A stretch of 64,000 nucleotides of DNA. Source: Pseudovirgaria hyperparasitica (taxonomy: Eukaryota). Each line of letters opens with the position of its first letter. Within the stretch, counting starts at the first letter, position 1. The notes under the pieces were generated by a model that searched no databases, was not told the origin of the DNA, and saw nothing but the letters and a program-made list of their open reading frames with translations. Below are positions 38,807 to 50,674 of the stretch, piece after piece. The DNA is taken from the NCBI GenBank assembly GCA_010093815.1, contig ML996579.1. One strand, written 5' to 3'. Made by a program: the position numbers and the translations under genes.

Positions 38807-41535
38807 TACACTAGTTTGTACCACGAGCAGATTTGAGCCTGACACAGGGATTCGGCAAATAAGGAGCTCTGGTCAGAGCTACGGTGTCCATTATCCGGTA
38901 AGTCTTGACGAGCTTTATGCCTGGGAAGCCAGCTATGCGGCTCAACAGCTTCCAATCAATAGGCGCCCAGAATGCTACTGGAGGGGTTAAGTATGGAATC
39001 CATCTTGAGAGGAGACTTGTGACCAGATTCATGACGTGGAGTATGAGAGAGACGACGGATCATCCAATGCACTGGAAGGGTGCGATAAAGGTAGATCGCT
39101 TCACTGGACGCACCAAGCCAGTGCAAGGATAACATCGGGTGTTGCGCTGAATATAGTCCAATACTTGATTGTCCTTGATGCAGACCCCGCAGTGTTGCAA
39201 TATGTGGCACACCCTTGGTATCGCGTCTAACAGAGAAAGAAGCCTGTGTCCCATCCTTTGCGTTGTCATCGACAGAAGAGGTCCGCTAAAGTCGCCAGGC
39301 TTTCAAGTAGGAGACTCGTCGTGGAGATATCGCTGGATGGAGGTGAAGTGAGAGCCATGTTGAGCCCTTTTAGGCGCGCGGTTCCAAATGGGCATCGGTA
39401 GTTGGGCTGTGTTTTCTCGTGCTGGAGTTCACTGCGTGCAGACTACATATCTTAGCGGCGCTGCTAGCAATGGCCAGCATTGAGTGGAACGGTTGCGAAG
39501 ACAGATCCGTCCTTCCGCGAAAGTGGCAAATTCTTGCTAGAGACTGGGAAGCTCGTATTTGGAGGCTGTCCTGATGTATAGACAGATGATGATCAGACGA
39601 TATGGTGGATGTATCGTCGGCAGACGAACGGCCGTTTCAGACAGTATTGAAACCTGCCTGGAAATTTCACATGTCTCGTGCCTGTTTCCAAGATGTCAAT
39701 GACTATGAATTGATTCTTGATGTTCGAATTGGGCCGAAGTCGCTAAAGACGCGTAAGGCTGATCATCGCTGGTCTGGTGCAGGGAATGCAGAATACTTAG
39801 CAAGCCTTTCGTCGGCTAACACCGATAAGATGTTGCCAGCCCACAGACCGAGGGTCTTTGGAACGTATTATGAGACTAAACATGAGATGTAGGACCTCCT
39901 GAAAGAGCACAGGATGTGCGTTCTCTTTATACTTACTCGCGTCTACTGCCTCGAGCGATAAGACTGACGACACAGCCATTGAGCGCAAAGGAGGCCTCAG
40001 TCGTAGCACGACACTAGAACAAGGCAACCATCTTCCCGGTCCCAGGCTCACCGGACGCATTAGAGGAGCGCCAGCGATCGATGCGCTTGATTCAGTCTCA
40101 CTCTAATATCCACTGCCAATGCACCCTCAGAGAGACCAGCTACGACTCGTGATCACACAAGCCGATAAGCAAAGAAGCAGAGACGAACGGACCTCAAAAG
40201 CTTTGTACTGTTGACCGTTGTTTGCGAACGCCAGGATAGATTCATCCCAGATCGTGACTGAACGCGCATAAGCATCGTAAGATGATCAAAGGGACAAGAG
40301 CGGAGTAGGAGATGCGCTGTTGAATGCGGCGGATGCATAGTGGAGACCTCTGGCCCAGTCATGGACGGCTTTTTGATCACCAAGAACAAAAATTGCTGTC
40401 AAGACCCCGCCAAACGCAGCAAGACCTGGCTTGAATCCCAGCATGTTCCATGACATGCGCGATGTCCGACTGGTGATGACGAAAGTGTACGTATCAGGAG
40501 ATCTTCGCCGTGATAGTCGTGCATGGCCTAACTAGAGTCATTCCAAGGGCTCGTACGAGCCACAACTGGGTGAAGTTGGCACAGAGCCAAGCTACCGCGT
40601 AGCTAGACGGGCCGAAATTCCACTGGACGAACGACTGTTCTGGTCAGCATAAAACCGTCTATCAATCATCCTACAATGTGCCTGGGTGCTACGGCATCTT
40701 TCTGAGCATCATACTTTACTTGCCTTTGACCAGCAATAGGCCAATTTCACAACGCTAGTGACGACCTCGCAGCTTTTCCAGTCGTTCCGCGATCTTAGAG
40801 GATGGACTCGATTCTACGCTGCGCTCATTCATCGGTCTTGGGGGCCACTCGATGTAACCAACCGATCGACCAGCCGGAACACCAAGCTCTCTAAGTCGGC
40901 CGTGAGAAGGCACGTGAGCGAGCCTTTACGCCCTTGACGATGAACCATGTGGATAGACGCCTTTGGCAGATCGAAGATTCTACGAGGAGCCGAAAATGAT
41001 CGAAGATCAACCACAACTACCGTAGTTCCAACTCATCGTGTTGCCGAAAGGCCGGCCATGGACAGCGAGAACTTACAGACGTCAAGAAATGTTGCTACCA
41101 TCTATTAGACGGTCCATGTCCTCGAAACGTGTCCATGCCGGGTGACAGCTGGACGGGACGACTCGACTCTGGCCAAGAACATGACTGAGCTCTCAGACCT
41201 CAGAGTCGGCTTCGTAATCAAGGACCAACAGCTTGTCTTATCTGAATGTCACTCTTGTAACGATGGAAGAAGCCTGATAGCGGATACGATACTGGGAAAC
41301 GCCACATGGCTTCTCCGACGATGGATTTATGATCAGAGATGCTACATCGTAAGCAGATGAGAGAGGAGCAGCTGAAGAGGAGGAGAAGGAGGGAGACCAG
41401 GGAGAGTCGTACATTTAAAGACTACGGCCCCAGTAACTAGCATTATTAGTCTCGAATGTCCGGGAACAACTTTTGGCTCTTGGTGCCCTACTTGTAAGGT
41501 TATTTTGTTTGCCTGGTTTCTTGGCATATATATCA

Positions 41536-41543
41536 GTCACGTG
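41536..41543. promoter_or_regulatory. GTCACGTG element upstream of NOB1
   Basis: cagtcacgtg about 134 bp upstream of the ATG, next to TATATA and an RRPE-like gcgaaaatt. Confidence 0.45.
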
Positions 41544-41676
41544 CTACGCTAGCACTTCTAGAACATCTTTGTGCGAAAATTATAACCATCTCGATATACG
41601 GCGAAGAAGTCAGATCAGGGTAAATCAGTGAACTTGACAATCAGTTTACTACAGCACGACTGTTCAAACCATAATC

Positions 41677-43017
41677 ATGTCTCTCACTAAGCCCACGCAT
41701 ACAATAATATTGGACGCTGGTCCTATAATCAAGAATGAGCCCTCGGTGTCCACACTTCTCGCTTCGTCAGAGGCTCTGGTCACAAGTCCCACAGTCATTG
41801 CAGAAATTCGGGACGCGACCACCCGAGCTCGAGTCGAAACTTTATTGAAGCCATTCTTGACCCTGCGGCAACCAAAGCCGAGCAGTCTGCAGTTCGTGGC
41901 ACAATTTGCACGAAAAACTGGTGATTATGCTGTGTTGAGCAAGACCGATCTGGAGCTCATAGCTCTCGCTTACGACATAGAGTGTGAACGCAATGACGGC
42001 GACTGGAGACTCCGAAATACTCCAGGGCAGAAACAGCTCAATGGCTCGCCGCCTCGGCAGAAAATGACCAGTGATTTGAGCTCCAACGAAGTGAAAGCAG
42101 TGGGCACAGAGAACGCATATCCAGTGGCGGACTCTCAGTCTGACGAGCAAGTGGGAGAAGACGATACCACAAATGCCAATGCGGAGGCGAATAGTGGAAA
42201 TTCTGACGCAACTGATGCACTCGCACAGAATACTGCTGATTTAGCGATCTCAAGTCTCACGACAAATCCAGTAGCTGAAGTTCCAGAGTCCATGGTTGCG
42301 GACACGTCGAATGACCCAACAGGCCAGGTTGAAGAAAATACGCCAACCACAGAAGAGTCAGAAGATCAAGCAAGCGAAGACTCTGGCTCCGAAGGTTGGA
42401 TCACGCCCGCAAACTTCAAAAAGCACCAGGCCAAGGAAGCAAACGCCGGAGCATCGGAAGAGACCCCTCAAAAAACGCTCCAAGCCGCAATAATAACCAC
42501 AGATTTCCCAATGCAAAATGTCATACTTCAAATGAATCTCAACCTCCTCTCAGGCTCTCTTCAGCGTGTCCGCAACATTCGCAGCTTCGTACTTCGTTGC
42601 CACGCATGCTTTGGCACCACGAAAGACATGACGAAGCAATTTTGCCCCAGATGTGGCAAGCCAACTCTCACAAAGGTCACGTGTACAACCAACTCGAAAG
42701 GCGAATACCAGCTTCACCTCAAAAAGAACTTCCAGTGGAACAAGCGAGGAGACCGGTATAGCATACCCAAAGCTGTGCATGGTGCCGCGCATGGACGAGT
42801 TAAAGGTGGTGGAAAGGGTTCGTGGGGCAATGAACTACTCCTGGCAGAAGATCAGAAGGAATACTCGCGCGCAGTGACGCTGGAGAAACGGCAGAAGCAG
42901 CGCGATCTCATGGACGATGATCTGCTGCCTTCAATTCTTACTGGGCAAAGGAATAACCCTACTGGGCGCCCGAGAGTTGGGGCTGGCAGGAACGTGAATT
43001 CTAAAAAAAGGAATTAG
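41677..43017 (+). CDS. NOB1: 20S pre-rRNA D-site endonuclease Nob1
   Basis: PIN domain (IILDAG, EIRD, GDYAVLSKTD, TTDFPMQNV), GWITP, Zn ribbon CHAC...CPRCG. Confidence 0.96.
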   Translation: MSLTKPTHTIILDAGPIIKNEPSVSTLLASSEALVTSPTVIAEIRDATTRARVETLLKPFLTLRQPKPSSLQFVAQFARKTGDYAVLSKTDLELIALAYDIECERNDGDWRLRNTPGQKQLNGSPPRQKMTSDLSSNEVKAVGTENAYPVADSQSDEQVGEDDTTNANAEANSGNSDATDALAQNTADLAISSLTTNPVAEVPESMVADTSNDPTGQVEENTPTTEESEDQASEDSGSEGWITPANFKKHQAKEANAGASEETPQKTLQAAIITTDFPMQNVILQMNLNLLSGSLQRVRNIRSFVLRCHACFGTTKDMTKQFCPRCGKPTLTKVTCTTNSKGEYQLHLKKNFQWNKRGDRYSIPKAVHGAAHGRVKGGGKGSWGNELLLAEDQKEYSRAVTLEKRQKQRDLMDDDLLPSILTGQRNNPTGRPRVGAGRNVNSKKRN

Positions 43018-43380
43018 GTACTCAATCGCTGGAGATGAACAAAAGAACGCCCCGTATTTGAAGGGCAAAGCAATTCTATACAATAATCGATACAACTGTG
43101 CGAACGAGGTGCTATACACGATGAGAACCTGTCTAAGCATTGCAGGAAACTCATACGTATGGTTAAGGAGTCTCAGATCGCCTGTGCCGTACCAGAACTC
43201 GCTCTCGTGTGAAAATTCGTCTTGAGGAGACATGCATGCTATATTGGCCCAAAAAGAAATTCCCAGAAACTGCGGCGACGGATCTCACGATACTACCTAT
43301 CCAAAGTATCTAGAGCTCTTGAAACTACCCCAACGAACAATATACCACTATCCGCCTCCTTTGCAAATTCCATCCCTCCC

Positions 43381-44169
43381 CTAACCAGCCAACGCACGAC
43401 GTCTAACCCGCCCAACCGCACCCCCATAAGCCAGCACAGCACCATTCAACCTATCAATCATATCCAAAGTAAACGCATGCGTCTCCTCCGCCCGCGTCGG
43501 ATTGAACACAAGCACGGCACTCTCGAAGTTCTACACAGCGTAAGCCCTCGTCCCTTCTTCAAACACCGATCTACAGAGTTCCGCCACGTACGATGACACT
43601 CCGTCTGAAGCTCTCCAGTCCCGAAACCACCCGTCCGCCGAGTCGGATAGCTCTGAATAGTCCGGCGTGTCTGTTCAGCGTGGCCATGACTCGGCCCTGG
43701 TTGCTCATATACTGAGGCTGGGTTAGCAAAGTGGTGCGCGAGAGAGGGGGGCTGAGAGCTGAGAGATGGGTGCTTACAATGCGATATCTAGTGGTTACGG
43801 TGTCTGAGTTTGTGCCGGTGGGCAGAGGTGGTGCATCGCGGATCTGGGAAGTGTAAATGTCCATGCTGGCGACTAGGCTTTCGAAGGCTTCTAAGGTATC
43901 CTTAGGATGTTAATATGTTAAAAATCTCCAAACTTGTGACATGCATGGCATACGTAAAGATGTCCTCTGTCCGTGAACAGCGCAGGGCCATCGAGAAATG
44001 TGATTGCATCGGCTGAGGCTTGCTGTGTTGCCGTCTTGGAAATCAGAGCATCCAGGTCTTGAATGAACTGGGTGGCGACAGAGGGGTCCTCAGGGGGCGG
44101 AAACTGCGACATAATTGACACCGCGAAGACAGCGATGAGAGTCGCGATAGCTTGGAGTATGTAAAGCAT
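43381..44169 (-). CDS. Secreted UVI-1-like helical protein (3 exons)
   Basis: Signal peptide MLYILQAIATLIAVFAVS. ITFLDGPALFTDRG and LNRHAGLF..IRLGGRV resemble the UVI-1 family as I recall it. Two introns restore the frame to ...RRRALAG*. Confidence 0.6.
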
Positions 44170-44612
44170 CTTTGGAAAACGCTTGAGCATGCAGCATTAG
44201 AGGAAGAAAAGATGAGGATTACTTCACATTATAAAGTATTGGTGTCTCTCATAAGACAAACCCAACAACCTTCAGGATGTATGATTACTTGACGAAAATT
44301 ATTGAGCGTAACTCCCGAAGGCTCAAATTTCGTGTTCATTGCACCAAAGTCGTCGCCCCATCTCCTGCTGGATTGGGGATTGGCATCTGTCGAGGCTTTA
44401 TCTGGACATCGTTGTGGTATCCCGATGTGGTACGAAAGCAAGCCCGTGGCACGAATTATCTGGCGCTCGTGACACAGTGGTCAAATGGTGATAGCGACGA
44501 GAATTGTATAGTGTTATATTGCTCTTTCCGACATCCTGTATGCGCCACCATTGCTCTCCCACGAAGATTCGCCTAACGCCATGTCCACTTTCCTCCCAGC
44601 CCGCTTTTCCCT

Positions 44613-44918
44613 TTATTGACCCAGCACTCGCTTGTCCTCTGCACCTAAATTAGTAAAAATTCCGTTCGCGTCGAGTTGGAAGACATACTCTGCTGGGTTA
44701 TGAGGAGACCATATCGCTTCTTGAGAGTCACTCGGTGTCTAAAAATGCACGCGTCAGCTTGCATACGGCTGATGGGTAGGTGCTTCCACATACCTTGAGT
44801 ACTTGTCATCGGGCGAGAATCTTGCGGGATGTGCGGATTTTGCGACTTGGCTGCCGATAACTTTTTTCAGGGTGTAGATGCGCTTGCCCTCGGCGTCGAG
44901 GGTGTACATGAGATGCAT
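44613..44918 (-). CDS. NOP10: H/ACA snoRNP subunit Nop10 (3 coding exons; missed by ORF track)
   Basis: [19 protein letters not shown]...[27 protein letters not shown]; a probable 5'UTR intron lies just upstream of the ATG. Confidence 0.95.
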
Positions 44919-45629
44919 TCTGAGCAGCAATTAGCATTGGGCCGCAGAGATATGAGTGGCGATCCGTACTTGGAGTTCTGGGTGGTAGGAGTTGATAGAT
45001 GAAGGGGTTTGTTGCTGCGTCCGAAGTCTTGAAGTGTGCGCGACTCTAGATTTGAAGCTCGAGAAAATTCATAGACCAGTGGACCGCCGACGTGCATCCC
45101 GCAGCTTGGCACTCCTGGCGTCACGCTAAGCCGTTTTTATCTCATAATTCCGAGATACCTTATCATATAACAGGCCGGGTCTGAATGATGAGGACTGTAG
45201 CTACATCATATAGGGGCCAAAGTATGCAACTATTGGTAGCCTTCTTCATAGACGCTGTTCGTTGTCCCGTCGAGTGTACTCGCTGAATTTATGGTTGAAA
45301 GTAAGAAGAGAATAGCATTGCATCACAGTCAAATTGGGCTTAGAATTAATCAAAGTTACGTACTAATACCGGAGTCGCTCTGGAACCGGATATTGGGTAT
45401 AAACCCAGACCAGCGAGTAGACAACGCCAACATGACATTCCTCGAGACTCATGGTGCAAAAGGGACAATATCTGGAATAGTAATATCAAAACTCATTGAC
45501 CTGACTGCTACAGCACGCCAAACCTATGCTGCCAAAGTACACTCAACCAAAGACGCCGAGAATGACCTCCCCTCCCCAAATGCCCTGTCATTCAGAAACC
45601 CCCTCTATCCAAATCGTAAATCTGTCACT

Positions 45630-46124
45630 TTACAGCAGCCCTTTGCGCGCAAGCTCAATCTTCCTCGCAACCTCACCAGCCTTCCACCCGCCCTTACTCG
45701 CACAAACCGCAATGCCCTCACCCAGCTCGACCTTATCCTCATTCGCAGGAAACGCACACGGGCAGTGGTGCGGGAAGTGAACACAGCTGAGCGTGCCGGG
45801 GCAGAGATATTTGTCGCAACTTGCTATTGAAGACAACACCCGCGTTAGCACAGAACACATCTACATGTACACAGACGGTAAAGATAGGATCGCATCTGAG
45901 CGCGGCGTGCGGGGCCTTTTTCTTTCATGGCAGTACATACCGGCTTCGTATTGTTGTTGGTACCAAACACTATCGCTCCTCACGTTCTGGTGCTGTTGGT
46001 GCTGCTGCTGTGGGCCCTGGCCTCCGCCATTGAACATCTGGTCGAAGAATCCGAATTGGGCGTTTGCTTGGGCGGGTAGGAGCGCGAGGCTGAAGATCAG
46101 CATTAGGAGGTCGAGGATCGTCAT
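45630..46124 (-). CDS. LCL2: Long chronological lifespan protein 2 (ERAD-associated, secretory)
   Basis: Signal peptide, [30 protein letters not shown], and ends IELARKGLL*; one intron. Confidence 0.9.
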
Positions 46125-46663
46125 GGAGGTTTCAGTCGCCATATTAGGAGAGTTATGGAAAGATTTATTAGGGCTGAAGAGGGTCGAGACGAGGGAGCGC
46201 CTGCGAAGATGGGTGCTGCGCAGCGACTATAGCGATTTGACTCTTCGAAAAGGAGTGACTTTGGTCAGGAGATGAGCGGCAAGGCTGTGGGATTGTTATG
46301 TGTACTGAAGGTGGATGCGGGATCGATCGATGAGAGATCGTCGCTGCGGACGGCCTCGGTGGTCTTGTGCGCCATGGTTTCATGTTTCCAGCTGGCCTTT
46401 TGAGTTTGCAGCCTTGGTGCCTGAGAACGCTTCCGCTTATGATTCAGATAGCTTTTGCCGCTTTCAACTTTCGATCTGACATCTTTGTCACAGTCATTAG
46501 ATGGATCTGCTCGTGTCGTAAGGCGATACAACCAAGGGACTTCTAAAAACTGATCTCCGACATCACGAAGCCGCTGACGTATGTATTGCTCACATGAAGG
46601 ACAAGGCCTGCCGATCTCATTCATATAATGCACTCGTAAGTCGTGACCTTAGATTCACCAGTA

Positions 46664-49090
46664 TCACCTTTTCAGATACTTGTATTGATACAACTGCGGA
46701 TTTCCCAGCCCGCATTCATCTCTCCCCCATTCGTGCATTAACGCCTTTGTCATGCTATGCCGATCCTTGAGCGCAGCTTGCAGCCTCTCCCGCCACTTCT
46801 GTTCCCGTTCACGCATGAATGCTTGTATCCTCTCATCGAATGCACTGTTGACAGCTTCATTATCCTCCTTGAAAGCGACAAGTTCAGCTCTGGCAGTCGC
46901 GGCGTCTGCTCGAGCGGCCGCCGTGGCTTCCTGCTGTGCCTGGAGAGCAGTACGTATGGCAATGAGAGCTTCGCTGCCATCTTGATGTTCAGTCTGGTCA
47001 TGAATCCTATATACTGGTTGTACCCGAGTGTCGGTTGGCTCTATCTTGAGCTGTGCAAGCTCCTCATTGGCAGCAGCCAACTCCTGTCGTGCTCGGTTCT
47101 TATCTGTCCGTTCGATTTCGAGCATTTCTCCAAGCTGCTTGATGCCATTTTCGGCCTTGGTGCGCAAAGAGTCCATGGCCGTCTTGTGCTTGATGTGCTT
47201 CTCCGCGGTCTCAGCATTCAGTTCATTGATCTCATTCTGAAGTTCTCGCTGCTTCTCGAGAAGCTTTGCGCGCTCTTCCTCCCAGTCAGCAGTATGGTGG
47301 AACAGCTTCGAGCGAATTTTCTCGAGTACCGCCTGTTCTTCCCTCCTCGCATCACGACTTTCATTTGCTTCATCCCGGGCTATTCTTATTTCATTACGCA
47401 TCTGATCGAGTTGTAGACGAAGGCTCGTCAATCCACTTTCCATATCAGCTACCTTGGTTTGAGACAGGTTGTAAAGCTCGTGCGCGTGCAAGCGCTGTTG
47501 TTTCTGTTGCGAGACGTCCTGTTCTTTCAGGAGGACTTGCTTCCGCATGTCTTCGAGCTGACCTATCGTTGTCTTCAGACGTGCCTCAAGCTCTGCAATT
47601 CGGGCCTGGGCAACGGGCTCTTTCTCAATCTCTGTAGAGCTAAGAAAGGAGACTTCTTTCGTAGCGTCGTTTTGATTGAACTGGGTTTGGGCAAGCTGTA
47701 GTTGTTCTTCTAGAGCAGAGATCTTGGCTTTTGAACCCGACTTTTCTTGTTCTAATTCTTGATACAGACTAGCCTTGACATTGTCAAGATTGATATCAGC
47801 AGCGGCACTATTTCTCTCGAGCTCTCTGCGAAGCCTAGCTATCTCTGCCTGATAGGCTTCCAGTTTCGAATTGAGGTCATCTGCTTGACGTTCCCTTTCT
47901 TCAGTCAGCGCCGAGCGCCTTGATTCTTCTATTGCATATCTTTCTGCTATCGAATCCTCGATCTTCTTCTGTAACGAAGCTATGCGATCGTCTCGAGAAG
48001 TCGAAGCACGGTCATATTCTTCCTTTTGCTGTCTGAGCTCGTTCGTATGAGAGATACGCAACTCCTCGCTCTTCCGCGCAAAGTAAGTTCGATCGGCCGC
48101 TGACTGCATTTCGAGGGTTTTTATCTTGCTGTTCATATCGTTCTTTTCTTTTAAGTGCGCGGCCTCCAAATCTGTCTTCTCCTTGAGCGCAGTCTCCTTC
48201 AAGACAGCTAACTGATCTGCCCATTCCGAATTTGCCCGTTGTAGACTTCTTTCGTGCTCACTGCGTACTGTAGAGAGCTCACGAATATACCCTTCATTTG
48301 TGCTCTGGGATCGTTTTAGTTCGTCGGATGTGAAAGCAAGCGTCTCCTGCAGTTTTCGTATTATGTTATTGGACTCTGATGTCTGACGGAGGAGCTGTTC
48401 CTGAAGATCTGTGAGAGTCGGTGTCTGAGACGGCAAAGGTGAGGGTTGCTGAGGCGACAGAGGTTTGTGAGATGAGCGGGACGGATGGCTGGGCTTGTGA
48501 GGTGTTGTGTCTACATCTTCTACGGTCGGCTGTAAGGACCGTACCGATTTTGCTTTGTTGGATGCGACTATGGGCCGGGGCGACTCCACGTGTATTGCAG
48601 GGACATCAGCTTCTGGTAAAGCATCCAAGTATGAGAGGACCCTCTCTTGGTTCTCCATAGAAGACGCCGTAGACTGTCGATCATCATCATCCTGGTCATC
48701 ATCGGGATGTTGATTCTGCTGCTGCGCATGTTGCTCTTGGCCCTGAGTGTGCTGTTCCTCTATCTCGCTACTGTCGATATACTCCTCTAGATCCTCTGCA
48801 ACTTCGGTGTTGCTGATCCTCTCCGGCATCGTGACAGTAGGTGCAAGACTGTCCCTCAAGCTTCCTTCTCTTAACGGTGCGCGCATCCAGAAATCCATGT
48901 TCTGTGTGAAGTCTGTTGGGCCATCGATGTCCTCACTACGTATCGCATCCAAAGGTTCGACTTTAGGCAAGTCTGCAAAAGAAGATGCGTCGGATCCCGG
49001 ACCTCGCAGCGCGTCGAAGTCGATGGAGTACTTTGTCCTGTGTGTCGAGGCAGAGGCACGCCTTCGATGCCCGTTGCCCAGCGACGCCAT
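46664..49090 (-). CDS. Long coiled-coil protein, spindle-pole-body associated SnaD-like
   Basis: 808 aa; SEDIDGPTDFTQNMDFWMR near the N-terminus, extensive heptads, and C-terminal MTKALMHEWGRDECG...YQYKY. Confidence 0.7.
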   Translation of the reverse strand: MASLGNGHRRRASASTHRTKYSIDFDALRGPGSDASSFADLPKVEPLDAIRSEDIDGPTDFTQNMDFWMRAPLREGSLRDSLAPTVTMPERISNTEVAEDLEEYIDSSEIEEQHTQGQEQHAQQQNQHPDDDQDDDDRQSTASSMENQERVLSYLDALPEADVPAIHVESPRPIVASNKAKSVRSLQPTVEDVDTTPHKPSHPSRSSHKPLSPQQPSPLPSQTPTLTDLQEQLLRQTSESNNIIRKLQETLAFTSDELKRSQSTNEGYIRELSTVRSEHERSLQRANSEWADQLAVLKETALKEKTDLEAAHLKEKNDMNSKIKTLEMQSAADRTYFARKSEELRISHTNELRQQKEEYDRASTSRDDRIASLQKKIEDSIAERYAIEESRRSALTEERERQADDLNSKLEAYQAEIARLRRELERNSAAADINLDNVKASLYQELEQEKSGSKAKISALEEQLQLAQTQFNQNDATKEVSFLSSTEIEKEPVAQARIAELEARLKTTIGQLEDMRKQVLLKEQDVSQQKQQRLHAHELYNLSQTKVADMESGLTSLRLQLDQMRNEIRIARDEANESRDARREEQAVLEKIRSKLFHHTADWEEERAKLLEKQRELQNEINELNAETAEKHIKHKTAMDSLRTKAENGIKQLGEMLEIERTDKNRARQELAAANEELAQLKIEPTDTRVQPVYRIHDQTEHQDGSEALIAIRTALQAQQEATAAARADAATARAELVAFKEDNEAVNSAFDERIQAFMREREQKWRERLQAALKDRHSMTKALMHEWGRDECGLGNPQLYQYKYLKR

Positions 49091-49437
49091 GATTCACAAT
49101 CTGGAACGTGGAGCGAATGGACTATATGTTTGCGGAAAACTGTGCGATAAGACTATACGACGGCGTAGGAAGGTCGATTGCGGATGTGAAGACGCGAAGC
49201 GCGCGCTGGTTGCATGTTGACGACATACCGCATTCGACTTAGCGCGTTGCACGGACTATTCCAATATCGCCATGTTTTTTCATCACACAGAACACATCGT
49301 TCATTCCGCAACCAATCTCTATATTGGTCACGAGCATATGAATGTGCAATATGGTATCAATAATTCTGCCTTGCCATGAAAACATACTCCACAACGACTA
49401 AACACAGCAACCGCGGAAAGAGGGTATTTCTGGTACA

Positions 49438-50674
49438 TCAGACAATTGCTAAGTCTCTCGTTTCGCCATATCCGTTGTAACAAACGCCTCTTAGATTCCA
49501 CATAGTCATGCTCTCCTGTACATTTCCAGCATTATCTGTAGCTCGACTGAAAAGTCTTTGCGACTTGCCCTTCTCCATGCTTATCCTCGTCTTCCATAGT
49601 GTCCACGCCCACTTTCCTTTGTGTTCGTCATCACTCAACAGCTCTGCCTCAACCCAGTGGATTCCTTCATCGGCAGTTACCTCAACCTTGACCACTGGTC
49701 CTGATTCGCCGCTTGGTAGAGCATAGCCTGACACTTCGATACAGCCGTCTGATCCAAGCTCGGTGATGCTCCCTGGCTGGGGAACAGCAATGACGGAGTT
49801 GACAGGCATTTCCTCCAATGCAGGTACATTCGCCCACATGTTTTCCGCGGCCTGAGCGCTATCGATATGTGGCGGCAGAATCTTGTAGTCGTGTTGTTGA
49901 TAGAAGTTCTTCGACTCTGTCGCTTGTACGGTTATTCGATCGAGCCACTTCACCGACCGAGCTCCGGCAACGCCTGGCACCACGACTCGCACGGGGAAGC
50001 CATGATTGGGCTTTAGAACCTCTGCATTCATCTGTCGCTACTGTTAGCCTAGATCCACACAGTCTTGCTGCCTCACCACACCTACTCAGCGAGGATACAC
50101 ATACCTTTAGTGCCAAAACAACCTCAGCATCTGCCCTCATCGCCCTATCCAGCGGTATGCTCCCACCATACCAATCGTCCTCCTGTACCTTCACTTGAAA
50201 ACAAGCAAATGCAACATGTGTCTCCTTCCATCTGCTCTCCTCGATGTCAATCCCGGCATGCACAAGCACATCCTTAAGCAACGGGCCCTCCCATTTACAG
50301 TTCATGACAGCACCATCATACCAGTCCACGCCCTGCACCTCCTTGATCTGAGTCCGCATAGTATGTCGTCTGTTCCCTGCACACTGTAAGGCACAAACAA
50401 CCTCATGTTGCGTCAGCGTCTTGAGATCATCAACGGACAGTGAAAGCTGCCTCTTCACTGCCCCGTCGACTTGCACAATGTGCTTCGAGGCGTCGAGATG
50501 CGGGATCGGGCTGAGCATGTCAGCCGCGCTATGTTAATTCGACATGATATCCTCGTACCCATGGTTGCGATCATAGCCATTCTTAGTAGTTAAGAAGCTC
50601 GACACAAGATCTTTGAGCGGTGGCTCACGGTTCAGCGGCTCGTCAACAGAGTATTCTGTTTGTAGATCGCTCAT
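49438..50674 (-). CDS. Sulfite oxidase-family molybdopterin oxidoreductase (Moco + dimerisation domains), 3 exons
   Basis: PLNREP, YDRNHG, LQCAGNRR (Mo-ligand Cys), HGFPVRVVVPGVAGARSVKW, WNLRG. Confidence 0.92.

Noticed and set aside
45185..45286. ATGATGA...CTGA as a box C/D snoRNA
   Set aside because: No terminal stem and no rRNA-complementary guide that I could recognise.
17149..50674. Sulfate permease and sulfite oxidase as a sulfur-metabolism cluster
   Set aside because: They are about 30 kb apart with many unrelated genes between them.
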